DNA of 63,290 bases, filler included, from Guillardia theta CCMP2712 (lineage: Eukaryota > Protista > Cryptophyta), in the NCBI RefSeq assembly GCF_000315625.1. It is 4 parts of 4 records of this genome, joined end to end, with 100 filler letters (N's around TTAATTAATTAA, not from the genome) between each part and the next. Parts side by side here need not be neighbours in the genome. Positions count along the whole stretch, not along the records: positions 1 to 26,193 come from NW_005434558.1; 3 more parts are not named here. One strand, written 5' to 3'. Shown in pieces: positions 11,915-25,095 of this stretch. Position 1 is the stretch's first letter. The number at the start of each line of letters is the position of its first letter. The notes beneath the pieces were generated by a model. It was not told where the DNA came from and did no database searches. It was given only the letters and a program-made list of their open reading frames with translations. A program made the position numbers and the translations under genes.

Positions 11915-13489
11915 CATGGAGTCGGTGCTTGTGGGATAATGGCGGAGGAGACAACAAGGAATGTCTTGAAAGATGGATCGGCATGCACGCACCATACGCC
12001 TGAATGCCTCACTATCAATACAACACAACCTCGCAACATATTCTCATGTCCCTCCCCAAGGTACTCGTAGCAGACCCACGTTCACACCGTCAACAGAGCT
12101 GCCGAGGAGCACGTCTGTGTACTCAATCCTGACTCAGCCGACGGGCAACAAAGTACAGCTTTACTTGTAGATGCTCGTGTTGTGAGTGAATCTGTGATCG
12201 CTATCTCCACTGAGGAGAAGGACCTTAAAACAAGTTTGACAAGGTCAAACTGCCATATCCCTTAGATCATCCCAGGTGTGGCGACGCCGAGGGGGCACAT
12301 GCCGCCCGGGCAGACCATCGGGTGGCCGGGGAGATTCCCAGCTGGGAAAATCTGGAGGAAGAGCAGGGAGTGATCAGGAGGGGAAATGCGGAGGGAGGGG
12401 GTGCAAGGGATGCAGAAAGAATCCACACGAGGGGAAGGAGGAAGGAGACGAGGGGAGGGGAAGAAGGAAGGGGAGGGGAGGGGAGGGGTGATAATAACGA
12501 TTGAGGCTTCTTACCGCACTGTTCCCTGCATCAGCATACAATCCAAAGGTATCATAAGGACCAGTGCCTATCATCCCAACTTATCAGCCTCATCCTGCCT
12601 ATCGCTACCCCTCGCTCACATCCACCCCGAACATAGCCCTCCCCTCCTCCTCAACAGATCATCTCAAGTGTGCAAACAGCATGCAATACTGGCCCGCCTT
12701 TCCCTCCTATCCTTACCGGGCCAGAATGCTCGTCCCGTGCTGTCCCCAGTGCCATAATCCTTGCCGCCTACGTCAACTGGCCCGATGTATGGCTAGAGAA
12801 AATAGAGTCAAAGCAGGTTGATTTGGCATGCATGATGTGTTGTATGTTGGTGGAATATCTTGATGATCTTTCACGAAACATATCACACACAAGAGGCAAA
12901 GTTCATTCCGCTTCGTTTGCAACGCGTGAAAGAAAGGGAAACTTTGAGAAAGCGGCCTACAAGGAAGCAACACATCTTTCAAGGATAACAGAGAATGCAG
13001 GTTGATAGATTTGATAGATCATCCATGCAGCCCTGCATCCATCTGTTCGCGGGCAAGAGAGCTTGCAACAGAATTCTTCACCCATTCTGAATCTCGCCTT
13101 CAATTCTTCTCAGCCCCATTTCTACCTTCAACGCAAATCCCACGCACGTTTTCGCTATTCTCGCCATGCTTTCCCTCTTCCATGAGTCTTCCCTACCATC
13201 TCACTCACGTCCTCGATCTCTGTCATTCTCGCTTACTCTTCCTCCCCCTCTTCCTCGCCCGCCATGCTCGCTCTATGTCTTACCGAGCCATCTGCCGGCT
13301 GAAGGAGCATGGTGAAAAGCTGGAACATGGCGGCAACCTCTATTTCCGGCTCAGTCCGTTATCAACCTATTACCTACGTTACAAGAATAACGTCTTGTAA
13401 CTGATATCAAACATTTTTACCGGAAGGGATCCTGCAACGAGTTCACGATGGCGGCCAAGGTGAAGGTGGAACTGGGGTAAGCTGATGAA

Positions 13490-13543
<54 letters not shown>

Positions 13544-14959
13544 AGAGCAGAGAGCAGAAAGCAGGAGCAGAGAGCAGAGAGCAGGAGCATGAGCATGAGC
13601 AGAGAGCAGAAAGCAGGAGCAGGAGCAGGAGCAAGAGCAAGAGCAGGAGCAGAAGCAGGAGCAGAAGCAGGAGCAGGGGACAGGGAGTAAGAAATTTTGT
13701 GGATCGAAGAAACTTCCGCGAGCGCAGAAGTGGAGTAGCAGAGTTTGTGACGAAGAAGAAGAAGGAAACAGGAAGTAGTTGGATGAGAGGACAGAATCTA
13801 GGTACAGATGAGATAGCATGGATAGAATACGGATGTACAAGGATGGAAAGCCAAGGAAAGTTGTGAAGAGATGACCACTGAACAAACAGTGAGAGATATC
13901 ATCTGAGACATGATGTACTCGTGAGATGTAGATCATCATGATGGAACCGGACGCTGTTCTTACTCTTGTGTCTTGACCTGATGCGCTTGCGGCAGGGGAG
14001 GACTTGAGCTGCTGTTTCAGAACCAGAGGAACCTGGACGTTGTTGTGCCTGAGCGGGGGGATGGAAAACGACCGACGATAAGAGACGCTCTGATCTATCT
14101 CAAGGTGATTCAGAGTCGTCGTGAGCAACAGACTCGGCAATTCAAACAGAACCACAGCCTGTATTAACATCTCTGCATCACCTATCCACCAGTGCTGTTG
14201 ACATCATCATCATCACCACCAACACCACCACTACCACCACCAAGAAGAAGAAGAACAACAACAAGAACATCAGCATAATCATCAACCACAACGTCAACAT
14301 CATCATCAACCACAACAACAACATTCACCTCGACAACATGTAAAACATATCCGCCGCCACCACCACATCCTCTCCCTTCTCTCATGCCGTTTCGCAGGAG
14401 CAGCACGTGCGCGAGAGGCCAGAAATGTTCCTACAAGGAGAGACAGTCCGTCCAGGGGTTAGGAGAGCACGATATTGTCAGCTCCACACTGACTCTGCCG
14501 TCAGATCCTCGTTCTCGTCAACGACGCAGACTGGGAGCTGTAAGACAAGATGAGGAGGACGAGGGCAGGCAGGTGACGTGGGTACAGGTGCGGGGGAGCG
14601 GAGTACGAGCTACAGGACGGGGACGCTTTAACAATCATCTCGACTTTACACGGAGGGTGAAAACTGACGTGGAGGGATGTAAAATAACAAACTGAAGGAG
14701 GGGGGCAAGGGGAGGAAGCCTCGACACGGGGGAAAATCAGTTTCACAGGAGGATGGAGCTGGACAAGACTTGCAACCAACGGAGGCGTTGGTGTGAAGTC
14801 GATAAGGGGGAAGGGGGGGGGTGGGGGGGGGGGGCAGGAAAAAAGGAGAAGAAGCAGGAATAGGAAGAAATGGAGAGGAGGAGAAGGAGAACGAGGCGGC
14901 GGCAGAGGAGGAGGAGGAGAAGGAGGAGGAGGAGGAGGAAGATATTCAACGGCCGCATA

Positions 14960-15680
14960 AACCTCGGCCCCTGTTTCGCCCCTCAAAACTCAGAGCCCAG
15001 AAACGTCAGCCCTCCTGAGAGCCTGAGAGACGAGTGAGGTCAGGAGGGCGGCAAGGAGGAGAAGAGCCCACGTACTTTCCGCCGGACGTGAGGATGTCAG
15101 GGAGGTCGGAGAGGCTGAAGAGAAGCTCCTTCTGCCCCTCCTTCCCCTGGTTGAGCCGCTTACCCTCCCTCTCGTCCTCTTCCACAGGTCTCTCCTCCCT
15201 CTTCCTCCCGGCACCCTGGGGCACTGCCACCTGCTCTGCGCTGGTGGGGGGAGGAGGATGAGGAGGAAGGGAAGCAAACATGTGCGAGACGATCCCGGGC
15301 CCGAGCAATGGAGGAGGATGCAGCGACTGATCCATCCCCGTGAAGTAGAACTGAGAGGCGTCGACAGCATGGAGGAGCTTCGGGTCGGAGAGAAGGGAGG
15401 GATGGACTTGTTCCTGTGAGAAGCGATAATGCTGCCGGTGCGGATGCTGGGCCTCGATGTGCTCGTTCCAGCCGATAGCCTGCGGAAACAGGAGAATAAG
15501 ACCAGGAGGCGCGCATAATGCCCTCCACCACCAACTACACCCCATCCTGCCTGTCTCCTCCTCCTGCTCCTGCTTCTGACTTCCCTCTTCCTCCTCCTTT
15601 CGCTCTTCCTCTCAACTCACAGGAATTGATCTTGTAATCGCTCCCTCGAGGTCGGCTCCCCGCGTTTCATGACCTGACAT
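14960..15680 (-). CDS. Probable spliced hypothetical gene, function unknown
   Basis: Exon-like blocks bounded by AG/GT (e.g. VAVPQGAGRKREE..PDILTSGGK); no recognisable domain. Confidence 0.3.
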
Positions 15681-16549
15681 CAGCTCTGACGTGTTTGCTT
15701 TCCTGTCTTCACATCAGCAACAGAAGGCAGCAAGACAAAAGCAGTCGTCATCACATGCTGCGGCCGACAGAAGTCTCCACTGTCTTGTGATCATTCGACG
15801 GTTTGTAGTATGACTGCTCAACACAAACCAACTTCAGTAATCCTCCTCTTCCTTCACCACCGCTACCACCACCTCTCATCCTCCTCTCCTTCCTTCCTTC
15901 CTCCTCCGCCTCCTCCTCCTCCTCCTCCTCTACTTCTTCCTCTCCTGGTCCTCACCATTCCAATAACTCCTATCACTTGCTCGAACTTGCACTCGCTGTT
16001 GACAGCCTCGTTGTACGAAGTCTGTCACGACACACTGGTCAGGGGCAGGAGCTGCGCTGCTCGTGCTGTCTGACCATGATGAGGGTTGTTGCGAGCTGGT
16101 GGAAGGGAGTCTTTTCGTGGTAGCTCCGATTCGTCACCGTGTGCCAGTGCATCGCGCAGGCACATCCTGGGAGGAGCGATTAGTGATCGAGCAGAGACCG
16201 CTGAGACAAGACAAGAAAACCAGCAAGGCAAGGAGGCAGCAGAGCAACAGGCAGTCAACGACTCACGACAACATCCTCATGGATGAATCTATCCACTCTC
16301 CCAAGGATCATCCCAACCTTGAAGCCCACACCACAGCAACAACGCCCGCATGCGTCATCACAGCAACGAAACCACGCATCTCCCCTCCCGCGCTCCCTAC
16401 CCAGCAGCTTCCCTCTCGGCTTGTTTGCGCTCTCACAGTTGCAGCACGTTCTGCACCACAGCTGAGCGTATCTCCCGGCCTTGGGCGACTCGATGATCTT
16501 GTGGCGCCTGCAACACGTCAGCAGGCAGCAGCAGCAGAGGGAAGGGGGC

Positions 16550-17330
16550 GCTGACCCCGTGCAGCCAATCACGATCTCTGTGTCCTTCTTGTACCTGTAC
16601 CTCGCAATCTGCGGCTCCCAGCTCGACTTGCGTGCTGTGGTGAGGAGGAGGTGAGCGGCAGGCAGCGATGGCTCGTTCACACTATGAGAGGTCACGCAAG
16701 GAGGAAGGTGGTGGTGAAAGGACCAGTAGCAGCAGAAGCAGCAAAGGCACAATCGTTGTCTGACCGTCAAACAAGTAGGTCACAGATCGTTCGGACCCTC
16801 TGTTCACATCCACTCGCTCCACTCGCTCGCTGCACCCTGCAACTGCCTTCAGTGCTCGGCGAGGGGCGGGAGAAGGATGGGCCCACCATGGCACGGGCAA
16901 GTCGAGGGGATGACGATGTCGGTTTCGAAGCTCTGCGGCAAGCATGAGACGGGCTGACAGCAGCTGCTCGTTGGTGCTCACCTTGTCCTCTCCTGTTTTC
17001 ACATCCGCACAGGTTGGGTACGCGTTGTTCTGAGAAAGCCCGTCAAAAAGACCTCCCGACAGTCTGGACAGCTTCCTTACGGGGTTGAGCGCAAGGAGAT
17101 GGGCAAACCCTCTCCTGAAGTGACTGCAGCCCTGCCTCTTGCAGATCTTGCACATGGGCATCTGACCTTGGGGAGGGGTCGCCCAGTTGCCCATCCTCAT
17201 GGACTCCCCTGCCATGGCCCGCTGTCGCTATGCAGGACCGAGAGCGTTAAGTAGTGACTTGAAGCCACTCTCTGTCATACAACAAGCTCCATCTCTTCGA
17301 TGATGACGACCGTCAATGCGAGGCCAGTGG
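16550..17330 (-). CDS. Probable spliced hypothetical gene, function unknown
   Basis: Coding-like exon MGNWATPPQGQMPMCKICKRQGCSHFRRG..TGEDK followed by a GT donor; no family recognised. Confidence 0.35.
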
Positions 17331-18525
17331 AATGAGAAGTTTTGAGAGGGAGCAAGGGAGATGGGACTGCACTTGGTCGTAGTCGTAGTGTGCTGGAGAG
17401 CGAGCTGGACCTGGGAGGGGGGAAGAGGGTGAGAACGAGGAGGGAGGCAGGGAGGCAGAAACCAAGGGATGGAAGGAAGGGACGAGCGAAGGAAGGAAGG
17501 GGTAAGAGCAAAGGAGAGCAGAGAAGGCGGGAGAGGAAGAGACCGCGGGACGAAATGCAAGCAAGAGGGCAGGTGATGTGGGAGGAGCTGGAGGAAGTCG
17601 AACGTAGAGGGGGTACGTTGGAGATTTGATGGGTGGGGGTAGATGGTAGCCAAATCATCCGGGGTGGGTAGGGGAATCGCCCACGGACCAAGAGACTTTT
17701 CATTATACGAATAGGTCAATTTGAGGAGGTGGGGTGGTTATTGTATCAAGGAACCAAGACAGTCGTAGAGATTTGTAGGGGTTACATGGACAGGGGGTGG
17801 GGTCCCAGTAAAGCGGGGAGTTTGGCTTACCTTCCTTGGTTGGTGAGGATTTGAGGCATAAAAAGTAGGGGTGGTGGATTGAAGGGAGGGGTACATTGTA
17901 CAAAATTCATATTTTTACCCCATATTACGGCTAAACTGACCTTGTAACATACCGGTACGTAAAAACAATGTGGGTCATCATTCTAATTAGGGGGTAGGGG
18001 TGCGTGATTCCAGTCGGGGGAACTGGGTTAACTGACAAGGTCGCGATGTTGGAGCCCTTCGATTACGTACCGTACATTACTACAGACAGTCGTATATAGG
18101 TGTGATGCTCTGTGATTTCTTGTGAACTTGAGTGTTATTCTCTGTGAAATATCGAAGAGAGCTTTACACCCTGTGACTTCATGACTCTTTCACCACTCAC
18201 GCTAAGTCAGCAATGACGTGCCGCTGTGCAGGCCCGGTGACACTCAGATCGGACTCCGGGACCATCATCGGACTGCCGCCGGGGCGCCCGGACTCGGACT
18301 CCCCGGGCCGGGGCCGCCGGGGCCCGACCGGCGACTCGAGTCGGCCGGTCGGACCGGGCCAACCTTGAACTGACTTACCGTACTCAGTGGCAATCAACGA
18401 GCTCTATGGTGGCTGACGAAATTGTTCATCGGCTTCAGAGCGAACACCGTCACAATTACATGATCTCACTCCGTGACGAAGGATATGACCGGGAGAGCCT
18501 GGGAGCCTGTCTCCCAGGTCAATGA

Positions 18526-18722
18526 TGCATGATCTGTTTTTTTTATTTTAGTTTTGATTGGAGTTTCTGTTGCCGCTTGGATGCTTTTCAGAACAGTTTA
18601 TTTATTTCATTTTAAACAAAATTCTTTTCCATCTGAGCTTACTCACGCTACTACTATCAAATATTGAGATTATTTGGACTATTACTCCAAGTTTGATTTT
18701 GATGCTTATTGCTGTTCCGTCG
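18526..18722 (+). pseudogene. cox2: NUMT: frameshifted fragment of mitochondrial cox2 (TM helices I-II)
   Basis: AT-rich island translating across frameshifts to HDLFFFILVLIGVSVAAWMLFRTVYLFHFKQNSFPSELTHATT/IEIIWTITPSLILMLIAVPS. Confidence 0.85.
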
Positions 18723-19402
18723 CCCCCGGATGTCACTGTTCAAGTACATCTTTTCGCAAGTCCCCGTGACCGTGAAAGGGCAGTACGTCGCCCCCGCGGA
18801 AAGGAACTCGGAAGCGCATTGCGGCGCAGTGCCGTGCACGTCAAGACGGTCCCGGAAGGAACGGTGCCGGAGCGGGGTCCTGGCTGCGGCCAGCTCCCGC
18901 TGAGGACCTGCCGCACCGAACCCTACTACCCCGCGTTAGGCCGCGGAGGCGGTAGAGGTGGGAGAGGAGGCGGGCGGTCGCGGCCGCACTGTGTCCGATC
19001 CGATGATCATCGGTCTGAAAGAAGCCCTGGATGTCGAGGAGGCGACTGCGCGCTACCGAAGCTGGAGATTGTGGCTGCGTTGAGGGGTGCCAAAGCCAGC
19101 GCCAAGCCCGATCCCCGGAGTCCCCGCCGGAAGGAAGTTGGGGACCCTGGCTTTCATCGTTTGCGTGCTCGCCTGTTTCGGCAGTATCGCTCTCGCATAG
19201 TGTTTTGTTGCGGCGGATTTGTGAAATCTTTAGTTAAAGCTGAGCCGGCGTTTGAAAAACTGTTCTCTTGGTAGGATATCTTGGTGGGCGGGAAAAAAGA
19301 AAAACCGACCCACCCTTCAGGCTCCGGCGGAGGGAAATACAGGGGTCATCAGACAGGCCCCTCCGGCACAAAGCAAACTGCGGCGACTCTGGTAGACTAG
19401 CC

Positions 19403-20467
19403 ATGTCCATGATGCTCCTCCGCCTCCTCCTCTTGCTCGCGCTCAGTCTCGAGGGCTGCATGGCGAACCGAGCCCAGCTCGGCAGAAGTAGCGTAGCCAA
19501 TTTTGCAAACATTCGTCATATAGAGTCAAGAAACTGGCATCTTCTCGTAGATGCCAGCTTCTTCGAAGCTGGCATCTTCTCGAGATGCTATGAAATAGGA
19601 TGTGTACGCCGTGAGAGTCTCAAGTTTGATGACAGCATCGGGAAGAATCTTGAGAGTAGCGGGACAGCTTCACAGAGTTTCCGCCAGCATTACAACAAAG
19701 CCTGGCAATCAGTAATCCCGAAGGCTGAGAACATGCCGCCGAGCTTCGAATACAGCTCCCTTCCAGAGACCTCAGGAACTGCTCCAGGGAAAGGCTACTA
19801 TCTTAAGTGCAACATGTGTTTATCTTTCAATCAAGACGTATATCTCTGCACGTTATTCAAAGACATTGTAGACGATCCAGGGAGAAACGTGAGATCAGTC
19901 ACTCCGGGAGGATCTGCCCCTTTCACAAGCGTTCTGGTTAGGACGAACCACTACATTTGTTTTGAGATCACGGAGGCTCCGGAGAAACTATTCGAAAAGA
20001 TCTATCAGCTTAGTCGAGTATCTCATGTTCTCAAGAGCGATTTCATTGGAAAGGAGGCGCAGATCGCCGCGACAGGGATATTTGTGAATGGAGACAAGGC
20101 CGTCTTCGACTTTTCTTGTGAAAAAGTACAAGAATTTCTTGTCAAAGCAGCCGAGGACGACAAACTTGGTAAGCTGTTCAACTGGGAAGTCCCTATCTTC
20201 TTGATTCATACTCCATATCGAAACTTGTTCACCGCAATCGAGGAAGTGAATCAAAACTTGAAGGAAAGTATTGAGGCAATGAGATCCGAGATCAAGGAAA
20301 GGGATCAGAAAATGAGATCCGGGATCAAGGAAAGGGATCAGAAAATCAGATCCGAGATCAAGGAAAGGGATCAGAAAATCAGATCCGAGATTAAAAATAT
20401 ATCATCTGAGATCAATCAGAGTTTGAGCACTAAACTCGATCAGATTATCAATCTCATGGCCCGCTAA
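19403..20467 (+). CDS. Intronless hypothetical protein with signal-peptide-like N-terminus and C-terminal 11-aa coiled-coil repeats
   Basis: Long ORF; MSMMLLRLLLLLALSLEGCMA; 33-nt repeats (RSEIKERDQKI) at ~20280-20395. Confidence 0.6.
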   Translation: MSMMLLRLLLLLALSLEGCMANRAQLGRSSVANFANIRHIESRNWHLLVDASFFEAGIFSRCYEIGCVRRESLKFDDSIGKNLESSGTASQSFRQHYNKAWQSVIPKAENMPPSFEYSSLPETSGTAPGKGYYLKCNMCLSFNQDVYLCTLFKDIVDDPGRNVRSVTPGGSAPFTSVLVRTNHYICFEITEAPEKLFEKIYQLSRVSHVLKSDFIGKEAQIAATGIFVNGDKAVFDFSCEKVQEFLVKAAEDDKLGKLFNWEVPIFLIHTPYRNLFTAIEEVNQNLKESIEAMRSEIKERDQKMRSGIKERDQKIRSEIKERDQKIRSEIKNISSEINQSLSTKLDQIINLMAR

Positions 20468-20587
20468 TAAAGCCAGCCGGAGAGGCTTGAATACACTCGG
20501 AATGTCAAACCGTCGAGTCTTTTTCTCCAATATCGATATCATTTGTCATCACCATCTCCATCGTCATGATACAGGCATCATGATGAT

Positions 20588-21483
20588 GATGAATCATGCC
20601 GCATGCAAGTCATGTAGCATCCGGCCGCCAAGCGCGGATTCGGGGGGATAGAGCTCCACTGCCAGTAGCTGCCATGAGCCTCCCGGAGAAGAGCTGCCTG
20701 AACCTGGGATAAGTGCGCCCGCCGCTCAAGATTAGGGAGGAAAGTCTGCATCAACTGTGCAGAAAAGGAGGTCCGCCCGCGAGGTGGAAGAGAGCTGGAG
20801 ATCAGGGATCGAATTGTGCAAGCGTGCTTCATCCAGGTCACTGAGGTCCATATCTGGTCCATAAGGTCCATATATTGCGGCATGCCACGATCAACCAGGG
20901 CCTGATGCAGCTAGATCCGGCTCGTCCGCTTGACGGAGGGTCCCTGCGTGCAGACCGTACCTTGTTATTCTTGACCGTATGAAGCTGGCCGTGCCAGTGG
21001 CGATGTAATAAGCTGATATGCTAACCCCTGCTTGAGGTGTGAAGCTCTCGATATCAACGATCTCTTCAAAGCATCCCTCGTCTGAAAAGGGCGGCCGAGC
21101 GTCCTAGTACCGGGTCGTGCTCCGACTCGCTGTTGAACGGTACTTGGTGGCACGTCGGGGCCAGAATTCTACTCATTGTGTCTCTCAGTGTGCTCAGTTC
21201 AAACAGACCAACCTTAGATTACGATAAAAAAAGGAAGTAGAGAAAGTTCACAGTTTGCTATGCCTGAACCTCCGAGTCTAGAACCAGTGACGTCCTCGGT
21301 CAATCGGCCTTAAATAGCCGCGGGGAATGAGTTTGAAATCTCGCCATTGAGAGTTTGAAAGGTCCATGAAGAACACTGCCACGTTGGTCGAGGTGGTCTC
21401 ACACTGATGTCCGTCAGATCCAACCAGATGCTATACGAAGGCTTGGCCGGATGCTACATGACTTGCATGCGGCATGATTCATC
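20588..21483. mobile_element. Possible MITE or non-autonomous DNA transposon bounded by ~40-45-bp inverted repeats
   Basis: 20588-20626 GATGAATCATGCCGCATGCAAGTCATGTAGCATCCGGCC is the exact reverse complement of 21445-21483; no TSD seen. Confidence 0.45.
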
Positions 21484-24339
21484 CGAAAGTAGGTTAGTGT
21501 CAAGCTACTGAATGACAAGATTCTGAAAACCAACAGTTCCAATTTGACGAACCTAATGGAAGATTTCAACGAGCATCTGTTTCAGGCTTTGGCATCGACT
21601 GCGAATCAAGATAAACTCAATCAATGCTTCAATCTGTATCGTTTGTCTCTACCCCTCTACTCTCCTTCTGAGTCCGATGATCGTTTGTCCTATCCCCTCC
21701 ACTCTCCTTCTCCCTTGGCAAGTTGTCATTCCCTGTTCATTCCGTCCCCTTCCACAAAGCACTAAGGGAGGGAGAATGGGAGAAAACGAAGCGCCAAAAG
21801 AGTCAAGGGTCTGGGAATTCCCAGATTATTTCATTAGTCCAACCTAATCGCACGATTCTCGAAAATTTCATTTTAATCACTGCCCGATCGACGTTCAAGC
21901 TAGGCTTGGAAACGAGTGTAAAATACAGCGGACCTTCAAGATAGATAGTGCCCCTCGCTGGTCCTAAATGATAAGGATTCGCTTTGAGAGGCATGTGCAG
22001 CTCTCTCTGAAACAAAGCAGTCTTCAACAATTCTGCATCTATGCACCAAGTGAATTGTTTCCCACTGTCCGATCCTGTACACGTAACAAGCTTGTCATCA
22101 ATTGGGACCTTTTGCAATAAGGCAAGTATGCAGTTGAATACAGGAATATGAATGTCGAAGTCAAGCCTCCTTGCTTTCCTTGAATTTCAATTAACAGCTC
22201 CACGAGCATTGAGCCATCGCTTTAGAGTGTCTCTGATTATCCCAAGCTCTGTAGAGGTTTTGAAATAATCGATCATATTTCCTGGTTGTCCAAAATATGA
22301 GTGCAGCATATCAGCTGTCAGACGAAATTTTTGGAAGAAACCCATTTGGAGTCGCTCGTCCCTGTTCACACTACAAAGCCATCCGATCACACGCAAATGT
22401 TGAAGTACTCTGAATGGAACTTAGGACAGAACAGAAAGGAAATGTAACTTTGAATATTCCGACCACATCAGCCAGTGGAAGAATATCCGTGTAGATGCTC
22501 TGAAAACAATCGTTTGGTTGCATGGAATCGAGATATCTGCGATATCTTCGCTTGTACTTCAAGCATTTTATCTGAAGTGACTTCCTTGATCAATCCGCAT
22601 CTATGCTTCTTATGCACATCGTGAAAAAAGACACCAACAGAAGGAATCAAATCAAACTCCATGTCCCAGTCACAAGACAAATATTTCGGAGCATTCAAGA
22701 CATGGGAAGCCTCAAGTGATGCAAAGCATAAGGGGATTTGCGCTCTAGATTCACCAACTAACCTTTCTCGGATATTTTGCCTTGTCTCATGATCCCTCTG
22801 CTCCAGCTTTCTTCTTCTCAAGTTGGCATCAGCAGCTGCATTGCGTCGATCCATGCCGATGATGAACGAGGAAGGTGTCTGGGGGAGAGCCTCAGAGGAA
22901 ATAAAAATAATTGGCACTTGAAGTTTTCGGTAGGGTCTTTTTTTTTAATAGGCGTGCTATTTTGATAAACGAGCTAGACTCGGACCCCACTTCATAGTAC
23001 CCATGCGTTTTAGTTTATTTCAACAATCCTCTTCAAGCCCAAGTTATTTCAACAGAGCAATGGCGGCGCAATCAGGGCGGCCCGGCACCGTCGTCAAGGG
23101 CTGCATCATCGCTCGGCATTGCCAAAAGGAGGAGATTGGAGCAAAGAGAACAACTTTATCCTCTACATTCGCAGGAGATACATCCAAGAATTCCACCGGG
23201 CAATCTTGCAACACCGTTGTTCCGATCATTCTGTGCACTACACCACGTTGAAGGTTTAGACATGTCATTCAATCTGGTACCATGTCTTGGTGTGAGGTTT
23301 ACGGATGTCAATGGGAAATCTGCACAAGATTCTCAACAGGATGAAACGTGTTGAATTTGATGTGGATCTAGACGAAATTACATCAGTCCTGCTTCTTTTC
23401 AAACACCTGCAACCGGACGACTGTAACGAAAATATCTGTCGTACAGGGTTGAATGGGAAAGGTTAGTGCAGCTGGACCATCAGTACATCACTCTTGCAGA
23501 ACCCTGTCATAAACATAGAATTTCCTGTGCCTTTCAAAAATGAACCCTACATGTTAGAACCTGGATCAGGTTCGTTGTATTTATAGCCGGCCCACTGACA
23601 GTCACCTTGAAACGAAATCAGAGGACACAGTACACGTGCATCGAGTCTCTTTCAAGTTCGAAAGACCCGGAATTGAATGGTACGATTGTGCATGTTTCAC
23701 ACAGAGATTTGGAGGCATCCAGATTGAACGCGAGTTTACTCAGACATTAATTTACGCAAGGATGACTTTGAAGGAGCAGCCACAATAAAGTGAAGTGTGC
23801 TCGAACCGAATTGTTGAATTTCTTCTTGTCTGCATTGCGTGAAGGTCCATCAGTGACTACCGCATGGACAGTGCATATCCCACACATGGTCAAGTTGCCA
23901 GTTAGATGCAGTAGCAGCTTTCTTCTTCTCCGATCCAATGTAGCTGTTCCCGATCATGGCAGCAGCTCGATGACTAACTTGAAAGCAAAACCCCTAATCT
24001 CGAAAGGAAGTGCTTTGACGTCTTCCTTACTGATATTTGCATGATGCTGAGTTTGCAGAATGTACAAAATACTCTTCAATTCCAAAATAGCCTCCTGCCA
24101 AAGAAGCTGTGCAGTCTGTTTTCACTCAAGTGAATGTGAACATTCTTCACCATGAAAAGTTGGTTGACCCTTGTCAGCTTTGCCTTGTTGTCATTTCTTA
24201 CCTTAAACAGTGAGTATTCATAACAGTGAGTATTCATATCAGAGTCAGTGAGTATTCAGTTCCGAGGTTCATACTATCATCAGTGAGTATTCATATCCTG
24301 GCAGTGAGTATTCATATAGGGGGTAGGCCCGTGCCACGA

Positions 24340-24716
24340 CGGTCACGGGTGGAGGGGACCGTCGGTCGGAACTTCTGTACCATGAAACCTCTCTTTTGTA
24401 CCAATATGTTTTCATACAGTACAATCTGTACTACCATGTATGTGATCAGTGGGCAAAACTAAAATTGCAGTCACCTCTAAAACCCGGCAAGGCGGGGGAA
24501 GGGTTCCACGCCAGCCGGGAATTCAAATCCGACCCGCCCGTGACCCCGCTTTTGTCCAGCCTCTCTACCGTACCCCTTTGATCGTCGGGTGCCTCGGAAA
24601 ACAGGGGGTAGTCAACAGGGAGTGTATATACGGACCCCATGCGAACCCCAGAAAAAGTACTAAAAAAAAAACTTACCAGATTTGCTAGGGGCTGCATATG
24701 GGTTTGTGAACGGCAT
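24340..24716 (-). repeat. Copy A of a ~300-370-bp dispersed non-coding repeat (copies B 42641-42893 and C 43009-43346 on +)
   Basis: Reverse complement aligns with ATGCCGTTCACAAACCCATATGCAGCCCCTAGCAAATCTGG..GGGGTCCGTATA.ACACTCCCTGTTGACTACCCCCTGTTT..CTGGCGTGGAACCCTTCCCCCGCCTTG. Confidence 0.85.
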
Positions 24717-25095
24717 CCGGCGGCCGGCCGGCCGGCCCGGGGCGCCCCGGCCCGGACGGTTCCCAGGGCCGCCGGTCTCCGTCACCCCGGCCGGCGGGGC
24801 TGCCGGCCGGGCCGCGGCTTGGTCCGAGTCCGAGTCGCCCGCGGCCGTTCAGTGGCGGCGGGCCCGGCGGAAGCCCAGGCTGCGGCACCGCACTCAGCTG
24901 CGGCGGCAAGTTCACGTCCCGGCCACTGAGAGTCAGTGTTATAAAGCGGATGTGGGGGTGTTTATGTCTGGAGCTCACCGGGTAGAGGAACTCAATAATG
25001 TCTTTGAATTAGGGGGTACTTCTAATTTGAGGGTAGGTAGGGTGCGTTTGCACCCCTTGAGATCATGGGGTGGGTGGGTTGTCAGTGTAGAACTA

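Noticed and set aside
12000-14700. Possible genes among short ORFs
   Set aside because: No consistent exon chain or recognisable domain; much of it is low complexity
18558-19274. 238-aa ORF as a real gene
   Set aside because: Chance fusion of the cox2 NUMT with GC-rich non-coding sequence
24474-24490. CTAAAACCC as a telomerase RNA template
   Set aside because: Has four A's rather than the three needed for TTTAGGG, and is not conserved in copies B and C
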